From an uncultured Bulleidia sp. (GTDB lineage: Bacteria > Bacillota_I > Bacilli_A > Erysipelotrichales > Erysipelotrichaceae), in assembly GCA_947087645.1 (NCBI GenBank), contig CAMUDN010000003.1, positions 89,956-153,955 on the forward strand: a stretch of 64,000 nt of DNA. The letters are read 5' to 3'. The stretch's first letter is position 1, and each line of letters begins with the position of its first letter. The position numbers and the translations under genes are program-made. The notes under the pieces were generated by a model. That model did not search any database. It saw nothing but the letters and a program-made list of their open reading frames with translations, and was not told where the DNA came from. Shown here piece by piece: positions 18,909 to 28,702 of the stretch.

Positions 18909-20654
18909 GTGATTAAAATAAGACTGATAAGACTCTTAAAAGGATCAGGAAAATATATTTTTTATCAAGTTATATGGCAATGGCTATCTTTATTAGCCCA
19001 AATTTTGATTGCTTGGCAAATAACCCATTTAATTTTAATTGCTTGGCAGAAACAACTGACAAGTAATGATATTATAAAAACTTTAGCAGTTGTAAGTTTA
19101 GGAATTATAGGACGTTATATTTGTGACTTTTGGTATATACATGCTGGTTTTTGCGCTGGGGCAGATGTTAAAAGGATATTACGTGATCATATATATCAAA
19201 AATTATTACATATGGGACCATCATATCGTAAACAAATGAGAACATCTGAAATAGTACAAATGACAGGTGAAGGTGTTGAACAGTTGGAAATATATTTTAG
19301 TCGTTATTTAAGCCAATTTTTTTATGCATTATTAGCACCAATTACATTATTTATAATTATTTATCAATTCCATGCTAAAACAGCTTGTTTATTGTTAATA
19401 TCTGTTTTTTTAATTCCAATAGTTATTATGTTAGTTATGCTTGTAGCAAAAAAAGTACTTAGCCGTTATTTTGCTATTTATTATCGTTTAGGTGATCATT
19501 TTTTAGAGAAGTTACGGGGTATGACTTGTTTAAAAATATATCAAGCAGATCAAAGGGCAGCTAAAGAAATGGATGAAGAAGCTGAACAATTTCGTAAGAT
19601 AACTATGAAAGTATTAATGATGCAATTAAATAGTACAACTATCATGGATATTATTGCGTATGGTGGAGTAGCAGTTGGTATTATCAGTGTTTCTAATGCA
19701 TTAATAAATGGTGAAATTTCTTTTTTAGGAAGTTTGATGGTAATTTTTTTAGCAGCTGAATTTTTCTTACCAATGCGTTTACTAGGAAGTTTTTTTCATG
19801 TTGGTATGAATGGTGTAAAAGCTAGTGATCGTATCTTTGCTTTTTTAGATTTGCCAGAAGGCAAAAAAGGTACAAAGTTAATTACTTCCCAAAATATATT
19901 GATCCAAATGCAAGATGTCTTTTTTACTTATGATCATAAAAGAGATATTTTAAAAAAGCTTAGTTTAACTATTAAACCTAAAACATTTATTTCTTTGGTT
20001 GGGGTATCAGGATCTGGTAAATCAACTATAGCTAATATTTTAATGGGCTTTAATAATGATTATCAGGGATCTATAAAAATTAATGGTATAGAACAAAGGA
20101 CCTTATCTTTCTTATCAATTAGGGATCATTTTACACTAATATCTCATCATAGTTGGCTTTTTAAAGGAACAGTTCGTGAAAATCTTTTATTTGGTAATCC
20201 TAATGCAAATGATGAAATGATGAATAATGTCTTAAAAAAAGTAAATTTATTTAATTTTATTTATACTAAAAAAGGATTAAATACATTAATTGATTCTGAT
20301 GGAGCTAATTTATCTGGTGGACAAAGACAACGTTTAGCTTTAGCTAGAGCTTTATTACATGATACGGAACTTTATATATTTGATGAAGCAACATCGAATA
20401 TAGATGCACATAGTGAAGAGATTATTATGCAAGTAATACATGAATTAGCTAAACAGAAAACGGTTATTCTCATATCGCATCGTTTAGCTAACGTCGTTAC
20501 TAGTGATTGTATCTATATGTTAGAACAAGGACAAATTATGGAAGCAGGTAAACATCAAGAATTAATGCTTAAGCAAGGCTTATACTATAGACTATTTAGT
20601 GAGCAAAAAAAGCTTGAAGAATATACATCTAATGCGAAGGAATTAAAAGTATGA
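18909..20654 (+). CDS. ABC exporter subunit (TMD-NBD), CydD/CydC-like heterodimer partner 1; GTG start
   Basis: 6-TM domain then NBD with Walker A GVSGSGKST, signature LSGGQRQRLALARALL, Walker B YIFDEATS. Confidence 0.85.
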   Translation: MIKIRLIRLLKGSGKYIFYQVIWQWLSLLAQILIAWQITHLILIAWQKQLTSNDIIKTLAVVSLGIIGRYICDFWYIHAGFCAGADVKRILRDHIYQKLLHMGPSYRKQMRTSEIVQMTGEGVEQLEIYFSRYLSQFFYALLAPITLFIIIYQFHAKTACLLLISVFLIPIVIMLVMLVAKKVLSRYFAIYYRLGDHFLEKLRGMTCLKIYQADQRAAKEMDEEAEQFRKITMKVLMMQLNSTTIMDIIAYGGVAVGIISVSNALINGEISFLGSLMVIFLAAEFFLPMRLLGSFFHVGMNGVKASDRIFAFLDLPEGKKGTKLITSQNILIQMQDVFFTYDHKRDILKKLSLTIKPKTFISLVGVSGSGKSTIANILMGFNNDYQGSIKINGIEQRTLSFLSIRDHFTLISHHSWLFKGTVRENLLFGNPNANDEMMNNVLKKVNLFNFIYTKKGLNTLIDSDGANLSGGQRQRLALARALLHDTELYIFDEATSNIDAHSEEIIMQVIHELAKQKTVILISHRLANVVTSDCIYMLEQGQIMEAGKHQELMLKQGLYYRLFSEQKKLEEYTSNAKELKV

Positions 20655-22324
20655 AAATAGGTAAAGAGAATTCAGGATTAAGAATTATGCAAAGCTTATT
20701 TATTTTAGTTATGCCTTTAATTAAAATAATGATATTAGCAATTGTATTTGGTGTTTTAGGATTTTTATGTGCAATATTTATTAACATTGTTGCCGCATAT
20801 ATATTGCTTAAAATTATGGGCTATAATAGCTTTGCTCAAGTACCATTATCTTATTTATTATTAAGTTTATTAGCTATGGCATTAGCACGAGGAATATTAC
20901 ATTATGGAGAACAATATTGTAATCACTATATTGCCTTTCGTATTTTAGCTATGATACGTCATAAAGTATTTGCTTGTCTTTGTAAACTTTGTCCAGCTAA
21001 GTTAGTTGGTCAAGAAAAAGGTAATTTAATTACACTTATTACAAGTGATATTGAGTTATTAGAAGTATTTTTTGCCCATACTATTTCACCTATTGCAATT
21101 GCTTTAATTACGTCAATTATCATGCTTTTTTTCTTTGCCAAACAACATTTTTTGGCTTTTTTGATAGCTCTTTTTGCTTATTTGGTAATTGGTATTGTTT
21201 TGCCTATTTGGAACCGTAAAAAAGGTTCAGATACAGCTATAAAATTACGTACTCAAGTAGCTGATTTAAATAATTTTGTTCTTGATAGTATGTATGGATT
21301 AGATGAAATATTACAATATAAACAAGGACAAGCACGTTTAGATATGATGAATCAAAAAGCTTATTCGTTGTATGAAAAACAAAAAAAATTAAGTTCTTTG
21401 GAAGCTAAGCAAAGAGCATTGACTAATTTATTGATACAAATTTTTTCTTGTTTTATGTTATTTATAATGCTTTATTTATATCAAATAAAGGAGATAGGTT
21501 TTAGTCAAATGTTAATTTCAACTTTAGCGATGATGTCATCATTTGGTCCATGTGTTGCTTTAGCATCGTTGTCAAATAGTCTGAATCAAACATTGGCATG
21601 TGCTAAAAGAATTTTATCATTATTGTCGGAAAAACCGCTTGTTAATGATGTTTTTTTCGCAAAGCCAACAGAATTTAAAGGACTTGATATGGAAAATGTT
21701 TCTTTTAAATATGCAGAAGAAAATGTTCTAAAAGATGTATCATTACATCTGCCATTGCAAAAAGTATTTGGTATTTATGGAGCAAGTGGTAGTGGTAAAT
21801 CAACCCTTTTACGATTAATTATGCGTTTTTGGGATGTAAATAATGGTTGTATTAAAATATCACAAAAGAATATCAAGAAAATTAATACAAATGATTTACG
21901 AAATTTTACTAGTTATGTAACTCAAGATACGATTATATTTCATGATACGATAGCTAAAAATATAATGATATCAAAGCCTGACGCTACTATTGATGAAGTT
22001 AAGAAAGCAGCTAAGCAAGCTAATATACATGAATTTATTATGCAACTACCAAAAGGATATGCAACAAATGTTGGTGAATTAGGTGATATTCTTTCAGATG
22101 GTGAAAAACAACGTATTGGTTTAGCAAGGGCTTTTTTGCATAATAGTGAATTATTACTTTTGGATGAACCAACTAGTAATTTAGATATTTTAAATGAAGG
22201 AATTATTTTAAAATCATTAGTAAATGAAAGAAAGAATAAAACAATTATTCTTGTTTCGCATAAGAAATCGACCTTAGCATGGGCGGATGAATTATACGAA
22301 ATGAAAAATGGTCGTATTTCTTAA
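20651..22324 (+). CDS. ABC exporter subunit (TMD-NBD), partner 2 with deviant signature motif
   Basis: Walker A GASGSGKSTLL, signature LSDGEKQRIGLARAFL (non-canonical), Walker B LLLDEPTS; 4-nt overlap with partner 1. Confidence 0.85.
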   Translation: MKIGKENSGLRIMQSLFILVMPLIKIMILAIVFGVLGFLCAIFINIVAAYILLKIMGYNSFAQVPLSYLLLSLLAMALARGILHYGEQYCNHYIAFRILAMIRHKVFACLCKLCPAKLVGQEKGNLITLITSDIELLEVFFAHTISPIAIALITSIIMLFFFAKQHFLAFLIALFAYLVIGIVLPIWNRKKGSDTAIKLRTQVADLNNFVLDSMYGLDEILQYKQGQARLDMMNQKAYSLYEKQKKLSSLEAKQRALTNLLIQIFSCFMLFIMLYLYQIKEIGFSQMLISTLAMMSSFGPCVALASLSNSLNQTLACAKRILSLLSEKPLVNDVFFAKPTEFKGLDMENVSFKYAEENVLKDVSLHLPLQKVFGIYGASGSGKSTLLRLIMRFWDVNNGCIKISQKNIKKINTNDLRNFTSYVTQDTIIFHDTIAKNIMISKPDATIDEVKKAAKQANIHEFIMQLPKGYATNVGELGDILSDGEKQRIGLARAFLHNSELLLLDEPTSNLDILNEGIILKSLVNERKNKTIILVSHKKSTLAWADELYEMKNGRIS

Positions 22325-22329
22325 TTTAC

Positions 22330-22361
22330 AAAAGTTGCAATTATAAAGTTGCAACTTTTTG
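22330..22361. terminator. terminator hairpin AAAGTTGCAA-ttataaag-TTGCAACTTT flanked by A/T runs
   Basis: 10-bp perfect inverted repeat right after ABC operon stop. Confidence 0.65.
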
Positions 22362-22416
22362 ATATTTTACTCTACAGAAAAATATTATTTAATAATTTTA
22401 GGAGGAATAAGATACT

Positions 22417-23034
22417 ATGAAACTAGCAAAGGTAACAATGATATTGAGAGGTTATAATCTTGCACAAGTAAGAAATGTAGCTCGAGTACTTTTAGATGCT
22501 AAGTATGTGCGAAATATGGAAATTACTTTAAATTCCGAAAATGCATATGATATTATTCATACCATAGTAGATGAATTTGGCAATAAATTAAATATTGGTG
22601 CTGGTACTGTACAAACAATGTCTGAATTAGTAATGGCAATTAAGGCTGGTGCTAAGTTTGTTCTATCACCACGACAAATGAGTGAGGAAATGTTATCATA
22701 TTGTCAAAAAAATAATGTTATCAGTATACCAGGATCTTTTACCCCATCAGAAGTTGCTGCACAATTTGCAAAGGGAGCGGATATTGTTAAAATTTTTCCC
22801 GCTAATGAGTTAAGTTTAAGTTATGCTCGAAAAATTTGTGAACCAATGGGTGATTTAAAGTTAATGGCAGTTGGTGGAATTAATAAAGATAATGTTTACG
22901 AAGCTCTAACATCAGGTTATCAATATGTTGGTACAGCCGGGGGTATTTTTACAAAAGAACAAATTAGGCAAGAAAAGTATGAAGCAATGGTGATTAGTTT
23001 ACAAGAATTTGAAAATAATTTAAAAAATATATGA
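22417..23034 (+). CDS. eda: KDPG/KHG aldolase-family protein (Eda-like)
   Basis: …ITLNSENAYDII…GAGTV…AGAKFVLSP… and Schiff-base lysine context DIVKIFPA; 205 aa. Confidence 0.78.
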   Translation: MKLAKVTMILRGYNLAQVRNVARVLLDAKYVRNMEITLNSENAYDIIHTIVDEFGNKLNIGAGTVQTMSELVMAIKAGAKFVLSPRQMSEEMLSYCQKNNVISIPGSFTPSEVAAQFAKGADIVKIFPANELSLSYARKICEPMGDLKLMAVGGINKDNVYEALTSGYQYVGTAGGIFTKEQIRQEKYEAMVISLQEFENNLKNI

Positions 23035-24956
23035 AAGATATAGCTAGAAGAAGGCAACTGATCATTGATATATTAGCAAGTAAAAATAATTTTTTAACGG
23101 TTAAAGAAATATCATATATCTTGAATACTTCAAGGCGAACGATACATAGTGATTTAAAATTTTTGGAAACAAAATATCATTTTTTAAAGAAAAGAGGAGT
23201 GGGAGTTAAGCTAATAAATAATAATCCTTATAAAAATAATGATATTTATAGCATATACAATAGAAGAATAGAAATTACCCGAAAGTTATTTTTAGCTAGT
23301 GAAACAATAACAATTAATGCCTTAAGCAAGCAATATTATGTTTCACAAAGTTCGATCGTAAATGATTTAAATTGGATAAAAGAAAATATTATTAATAATT
23401 TACAAATATTGTTACAAAGTGATAAGAGTGGCACAAAGATTATCTGCACGGAAAATGAACGCATTCGAGCATTAGTTTTATTGAATATAAATATATTTGA
23501 AGAATATAAAGATATAAATGATAATTTTGATTTTATTAATGTTTTTTCTAAAATATATTCACTAGAAATTTGTAATGTTTGTTGGCAAGTTATTAATTTA
23601 TTACGAAATGAACAATTTTTACCTAATGCTGAATATTATTTACAGAATATTTATTTATTTTTAATAGCTATTGTATACCGTATGCAAAAAGAAAATCATT
23701 TTCAAAAAGAAAATAATAATTTCTTACCGACAACACAAGTTATGCAATTAAATCACTATTTATTAGCAAATGATATATTTAATTATCTAAATAGCCATCT
23801 TAAACATAAAATATATCCTAAAGAAGAAGATATCTTATATTTATCATTGATTTTGCGAGCAAATAAAATATTTTTTATGAAAAGTAGTTGTGAACCGGAT
23901 GGATATCCTAAACAATTTGCTGAAATGTTAGTACAAAAGATGACGGAAATATTACATATTGATTTAGTTCAAAATAAACAACTTATAAAAATGATTACCG
24001 CTCATTGCTTATCTATGTTTGAAAGATTACATAATAAAGTACGCTTAAAGAATCCAATGTTATATGTTATAAAACAAGATTATCATGCGATGTTTGAATT
24101 GATATGGTTAGCTATTGATGCAATTGATCATACATTGTCAAAAAATATAAGTGAAGATGAAGTTGGCTTTTTAATGTTATATTTTCAAAATGAAATGGAA
24201 AAACATAAAAAAAGTAAAAAGATAATTGTGGTTTGTCCAAATGGGATAGTAGCATCGAATTTGATATCTTTTAAGTTAAAAGAAATTTTACCAACTATGG
24301 ATATTATAGAAGTTGCTTCAATCAATAAGATATTATTAAGTGATATTTCTGATTATACTTTTATTATTTCAACTGTGCCAATTGAACAACAAGTTATTCC
24401 CGTTATTCAAGTTTCAATGTTATTAAGTTGTCAAGATATTAAAAAGATTAAAAAAATATATGAAGATATTAGTAAACAAGAAAGTAATCAAAATAATATT
24501 ACGGAAATATTAGCAAATAAATATTTAGATGAAAGATTAGTTTTCTATAATGATGTAAGACAGTCAAAAGAAGCAATTATTAAAAAGATATGTACAAAAT
24601 TAACTGAAATTGGTTTTGTTAGTAATGAATATTATGATGATGTTTTAAATCGTGAAAAAATTTCGGCAACGGATATTATTTCCGGTGGTGCTATACCACA
24701 TGCATCATGCAAATATGTAAATAATACTTGTTTTGCATTATATGTTAGTAAAAAGCCAATTGAATGGGGAAATTATAGTGTTAAAGTAATTGTCTTTTTT
24801 GTTTTGGCTAAGGATGATGTGAAAAATGCTAAGAAATTATTAAATCAAGCATTTAATTTTATTAAAAATAAGGAAACAGTTGAAATATTATCAAGTATTA
24901 ATTCAAAGGAAGAATTATGGCAGATGATCCAAGGAAAGGAAAGTAATGATTGTTAA
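23031..24956 (+). CDS. BglG/MtlR/LicR-family PRD-containing transcriptional regulator with C-terminal EIIB(Gat)-EIIA(Mtl/Fru) domains
   Basis: N-terminal HTH, two PRD-like regions, EIIB-like segment (KIIVVCPNGIVAS) and EIIA-like tail (…GGAIPHAS…); 641 aa. Confidence 0.78.
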   Translation: MKDIARRRQLIIDILASKNNFLTVKEISYILNTSRRTIHSDLKFLETKYHFLKKRGVGVKLINNNPYKNNDIYSIYNRRIEITRKLFLASETITINALSKQYYVSQSSIVNDLNWIKENIINNLQILLQSDKSGTKIICTENERIRALVLLNINIFEEYKDINDNFDFINVFSKIYSLEICNVCWQVINLLRNEQFLPNAEYYLQNIYLFLIAIVYRMQKENHFQKENNNFLPTTQVMQLNHYLLANDIFNYLNSHLKHKIYPKEEDILYLSLILRANKIFFMKSSCEPDGYPKQFAEMLVQKMTEILHIDLVQNKQLIKMITAHCLSMFERLHNKVRLKNPMLYVIKQDYHAMFELIWLAIDAIDHTLSKNISEDEVGFLMLYFQNEMEKHKKSKKIIVVCPNGIVASNLISFKLKEILPTMDIIEVASINKILLSDISDYTFIISTVPIEQQVIPVIQVSMLLSCQDIKKIKKIYEDISKQESNQNNITEILANKYLDERLVFYNDVRQSKEAIIKKICTKLTEIGFVSNEYYDDVLNREKISATDIISGGAIPHASCKYVNNTCFALYVSKKPIEWGNYSVKVIVFFVLAKDDVKNAKKLLNQAFNFIKNKETVEILSSINSKEELWQMIQGKESNDC

Positions 24957-25407
24957 AGAATTAATTTTTATAGATAAGGAGCTTAGGGATAAGGACCAGT
25001 TATTTAACTTTTGTATGACAAAGTTAGATAACTATGAACTGATAAATGATAAACAATTATTTTTAACAGATATTAAACAAAGAGAAGAAATATTACCAAC
25101 TTCAGTTGGTTTTGGTATTGCTATACCACATAGTAGATGTATAGCAGTTAAGCAATCATTTATTCTCTTTGTGAGATTAAAAAAGGCAATTAAGTGGAAT
25201 TTAAGAGATGATCAAAAAACTGATTTAGTATTTATGATTGGTGTTCCACAAAATAAAAATTCAGGGAATATTCATTTACGTATTTTATCAACAATAAGTA
25301 AAAAGTTGATGCATGGTGAATTTCGAGAAAAATTAAGAAAATTGAATCAAAATGAAATATATTGTTTATTAAGTGAAATTGATCGTGAGATTACAGAAAG
25401 GTTTTAG
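24946..25407 (+). CDS. PTS EIIA component, fructose/mannitol (EIIA-2) family
   Basis: Active-site region GFGIAIPHSRC…; 153 aa. Confidence 0.8.
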   Translation: MIVKELIFIDKELRDKDQLFNFCMTKLDNYELINDKQLFLTDIKQREEILPTSVGFGIAIPHSRCIAVKQSFILFVRLKKAIKWNLRDDQKTDLVFMIGVPQNKNSGNIHLRILSTISKKLMHGEFREKLRKLNQNEIYCLLSEIDREITERF

Positions 25408-25408
25408 T

Positions 25409-25723
25409 ATGAAAATTATTGGTATTACAGCTTGTCCAACAGGTATTGCCCATACATATATGGCTCAGGAATGTTTAGAAAAAGAATTAGAAAAAAGAGG
25501 AATTGAAGGAAAAATTGAAACACAGGGAGGCTTAGGTATTGAAAATGAATTGACGGAAGATGATATTAATTCAGCTGATGTTGTTATTTTAGCAGTTAGT
25601 GTTGTGATTGAAGGCGAAGAAAGATTTGCTGGTAAAAAAGTTATTAATACAGATGTAAATGAAGCTATTTCTAATACAGTAAATTTAGTTGATCGGGCTA
25701 TTCAATTAGCGAAAGGAAAATAA
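25409..25723 (+). CDS. PTS EIIB component, fructose-like (Frw/Frv-type) family; start set to ATG 25409
   Basis: MKIIGITACPTGIAHTYMA… with phosphorylatable Cys; RBS AAAGG 8 nt upstream. Confidence 0.8.
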   Translation: MKIIGITACPTGIAHTYMAQECLEKELEKRGIEGKIETQGGLGIENELTEDDINSADVVILAVSVVIEGEERFAGKKVINTDVNEAISNTVNLVDRAIQLAKGK

Positions 25724-25725
25724 TT

Positions 25726-26769
25726 ATGCAAAAAGTATTAAAAGATATTCAGAAAGCTCTTTTAAGTGGTGTTTCTTATATGATGCCTGTAGTTGTAGCA
25801 GGGGGAGTAATATTAGCTATATCGTTATTAGGAGCTAGTCAAACAGCTAAGGGTTTAGTACCTGCAAATGAGCTTTTAAAATTTTTAAATAGTTTAGGTA
25901 AAGCTGGCATGGCAATGATGATTCCGATATTTGCGGCTTATATTTCATATGCAATGGCTGGTAAGCCAGGTTTAACACCAGGATTTATACTTGGCTATTT
26001 AGCTAATAATACAATTAGTATTAATGGTTCAAATGTTAAAACAGGTTTTATTGGTGCTTTAATTTTAGGTGTTTTATGTGGATATTTAGTTAAATGGATG
26101 AAAACATGGTCGGTTGGCAAGTCATTACGTTCAATTATGCCGATAATTATTATACCTGTATTAACTGTTCTTATATTAGGATTAGGATATTATTTTATTA
26201 TTGCTTATCCAATTGCTATATTAGTTAACGGTTTATTAAATTTTATGCGCAGTTTATCCAGTACTAATGCAATTGGTTTGGCTATTCTAATGGGAGCTAT
26301 TGCCGAAATTGATTTTGGTGGTCCTGTTACAAAGGCTGTATCAATGTTTACATTAGCTTTGATTAGTGAAGGTGTTTATTGGCCAAATGGTATCTTTCGT
26401 GTATTAGTAGCTATTCCGCCTATTGGTATTTTTCTATCATCAATATTATTTCACAAAAAGTTTAGTGAAGAAGATCGTGATAATGCTAAAGCAGTTGGTA
26501 TTATGGGTTGTCTTGGTATTACCGAAGGGGCAATACCTTATGCATTAAAAGACCCTAAAGCAGTATATCCTGCTTCTATTATTGGTAGTATTGTAGCAGC
26601 TATAATTGCCCAAATAGGAAAAGTTGCTTGTCCTGTTCCGCATGGTGGTTTTATTGTTTTACCTGTGATTAGTAATCGTATTATATTTGTTATTGCAATT
26701 TTAGTTGGTTCATTAGTTACAGCTTTAGTTTTAGGCTTTTTAAAAAAGACGGTAATTATCGAAAAATAA
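25726..26769 (+). CDS. PTS EIIC permease, fructose-like family
   Basis: 347-aa polytopic membrane protein immediately after EIIA/EIIB; glycine-rich EIIC-type segments. Confidence 0.78.
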   Translation: MQKVLKDIQKALLSGVSYMMPVVVAGGVILAISLLGASQTAKGLVPANELLKFLNSLGKAGMAMMIPIFAAYISYAMAGKPGLTPGFILGYLANNTISINGSNVKTGFIGALILGVLCGYLVKWMKTWSVGKSLRSIMPIIIIPVLTVLILGLGYYFIIAYPIAILVNGLLNFMRSLSSTNAIGLAILMGAIAEIDFGGPVTKAVSMFTLALISEGVYWPNGIFRVLVAIPPIGIFLSSILFHKKFSEEDRDNAKAVGIMGCLGITEGAIPYALKDPKAVYPASIIGSIVAAIIAQIGKVACPVPHGGFIVLPVISNRIIFVIAILVGSLVTALVLGFLKKTVIIEK

Positions 26770-26796
26770 ATTAGTGACTATCATTTTATCTTTAAA

Positions 26797-26833
26797 TAAA
26801 TAAGAGACATATTGATCATGTCTCTTATTTATA
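26797..26833. terminator. bidirectional terminator between PTS EIIC (+) and phosphoesterase (-)
   Basis: AATAAGAGACAT-attgatc-ATGTCTCTTATT 12-bp stem. Confidence 0.75.
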
Positions 26834-26839
26834 TGATTA

Positions 26840-27691
26840 TTATTTTTCTTTTTTTAGGGTATATAAAACAATTTCTGCTGGTGCAAAAAGTCGCATATCA
26901 TGCTTAATCGTGCCGACTCCTGATGTTATATCTAAAATAAATTTATCTTGAATATGAGCTTTACCACGAAAATAATCTTTTGCCATTAAAGGATTAACAA
27001 GGGTATAAAACCATGTATAAATTTGTCCACCTAAGCTATGAGCAGCTAAATAGTAGTCATTTAAATTAGGTGGTACTTGCTTAACAGTATCAGGGCAATG
27101 TGAAAAACTAATTACATAGTCTTCAGGAATAATATTTTCATAAGCTTTTTTACTATCAATTTGTTTAGTTATACCATTAGCTAAACCAACTAATTTAATG
27201 CTTTCATTTGTTTTTTTATGGAGTGAACAATTTTGATTTTGTAATATTTCAAAATCACTTTTAAATAAAATTTCATTGGTTATTTTAATATGTTCTGCAT
27301 CCATTTCATCTTGATCACCCATAACAGCAAATTTACCATATGGTGCTTTAATACGACTGAAAGCTGATTGAATCTGTTTTTTTGACTGAGCATCTATTTT
27401 AGCTATTTTACTGTAAATATCACCACCAAAAAGAACTACATCACTATTTGTTTCATTTATACGATCAATTAATTTATGTAATCTTTTTTCATTCATAAAT
27501 TCACCATATTGTAAATCTGAAAAATAAAGAATATGAAAATTATCTAATGACATGGGTATTTTTTTTGAAATAAGTGTTTCTTTACGTAAAATAAATTTTT
27601 TAGGAGATATATAGATACTATGTAAAATAATCATGGCAACAGAAAGTAAAACAAGAAAAGAAATAATTATTAATTTTAGATATTTTTTCAT
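26840..27691 (-). CDS. membrane-anchored calcineurin-like metallophosphoesterase (YkuE-like)
   Basis: N-terminal TM, metallophosphatase motifs (…LYFSDLQYG…, GGDIY, GDQDE, …SHCPD…). Confidence 0.75.
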   Translation of the reverse strand: MKKYLKLIIISFLVLLSVAMIILHSIYISPKKFILRKETLISKKIPMSLDNFHILYFSDLQYGEFMNEKRLHKLIDRINETNSDVVLFGGDIYSKIAKIDAQSKKQIQSAFSRIKAPYGKFAVMGDQDEMDAEHIKITNEILFKSDFEILQNQNCSLHKKTNESIKLVGLANGITKQIDSKKAYENIIPEDYVISFSHCPDTVKQVPPNLNDYYLAAHSLGGQIYTWFYTLVNPLMAKDYFRGKAHIQDKFILDITSGVGTIKHDMRLFAPAEIVLYTLKKEK

Positions 27692-27718
27692 AAGTGCATT
27701 TTATCATAATTAGCATGA

Positions 27719-28474
27719 ATGATACATGTTAAAATAGAGTATATGAATTTATTATCTAAAATTTTTTTAGTGCCAGATGAATTATTAACAAATAAAGAAG
27801 GGTTGTTATTTATTGATAAATTGTATCAAAAGAGTATTAATTTTATAATTATGAGTCAAACACAAAATTATACTTATTGGCAAAAAATGATACCTTTTTT
27901 AAAAGAGAAACAATTTTATAACAGTACTAAAGCAGCTTTAAGTTATATTTTACGGAAAAATACAAAAGCAAAAGTTAATTATTTTGGGACTAATAAAATA
28001 AGAGAAGAAATATATAATTATGGTATGACAATTGATATTTCAAGACCTGATTATCTTTTAATTGGTCGTAAATCTTTTATTGCCGAAGAAGATGTTACTA
28101 ATGTCATTTATAATGTTCAAATGGGAGCAAAATTAATTTCTTTAGATTCACGTAAAATACAAGATAAAGATGGTTATCTTGTATATGGGGCAAGTAGTTT
28201 AGCTTATATGTTTGCCTATATGTGTGATTGTAAAATATATCCATTTGGTTTAGATACAAAATCATTTCAAAAGGAATTATTATCTTTTATGCATATTGAG
28301 CCACAAAATGTTTGTCGTATTTGTACTAATCTTGAATCAGAAACATCAATTACTCGAGAATTTGGTATGACATCTGTTTTTTTTACGAAACATCGGGAAA
28401 TTAATTTCCTTAATATAAATAAAGAACAATATGCTGATTATATTGTTGATTCACTTGCGGGTATCTTTAAATGA
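27719..28474 (+). CDS. hypothetical protein, possibly degenerate HAD-IIA-like fold (catalytic Asp motif absent); true start may be ATG 27743
   Basis: Weak overall resemblance to NagD/YutF-type proteins without DxDGT motif; low confidence. Confidence 0.3.
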   Translation: MIHVKIEYMNLLSKIFLVPDELLTNKEGLLFIDKLYQKSINFIIMSQTQNYTYWQKMIPFLKEKQFYNSTKAALSYILRKNTKAKVNYFGTNKIREEIYNYGMTIDISRPDYLLIGRKSFIAEEDVTNVIYNVQMGAKLISLDSRKIQDKDGYLVYGASSLAYMFAYMCDCKIYPFGLDTKSFQKELLSFMHIEPQNVCRICTNLESETSITREFGMTSVFFTKHREINFLNINKEQYADYIVDSLAGIFK

Positions 28475-28494
28475 AGTGTATAATATAAATACCA

Positions 28495-28690
28495 AGCAAT
28501 GAAAAAGAGTAGTAGGATAAAGGCTATAAAAGAGAGCTAAGGTTTGCTGTGACTTAGTATAGACCGCTATTTGAACTCACTTTGGAGTAAGGCGTAACTC
28601 TTGCGATAAAAGAGATAAAGGGCACATTTTGTGAACTAAGGTGGTACCGCGTGATTAACGTCCTTAGAAATAAGGGCTTTTTTTATTTAT
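28495..28690 (+). promoter_or_regulatory. T-box riboswitch leader (Leu specifier) upstream of leuS, with promoter TTGCGG-18-TATAAT at 28455-28484
   Basis: Stem-I elements (AGAGA, AGUA), putative specifier GAA-CUC-A at 28573-28579, T-box sequence AAGGTGGTACCGCG at 28638-28651, terminator CCTTAG…TAAGGGC+T8 ending ~28690. Confidence 0.85.
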
Positions 28691-28702
28691 AGGAGGACTA
28701 AG

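Noticed and set aside
18990-19050. Short tandem duplication in the ABC exporter N-terminus (…ILIAWQITHLILIAWQKQ…)
   Set aside because: An in-frame repeat of about 8 codons within a TM-region coding sequence. It is probably a neutral slippage duplication, not a regulatory repeat.
22331-22361. Palindromic GTTGCAAC…GTTGCAAC element considered as a cre/operator site upstream of eda
   Set aside because: It does not match the cre consensus (TGWAANCGNTNWCA). It sits directly after the ABC gene stop and folds as a terminator hairpin.
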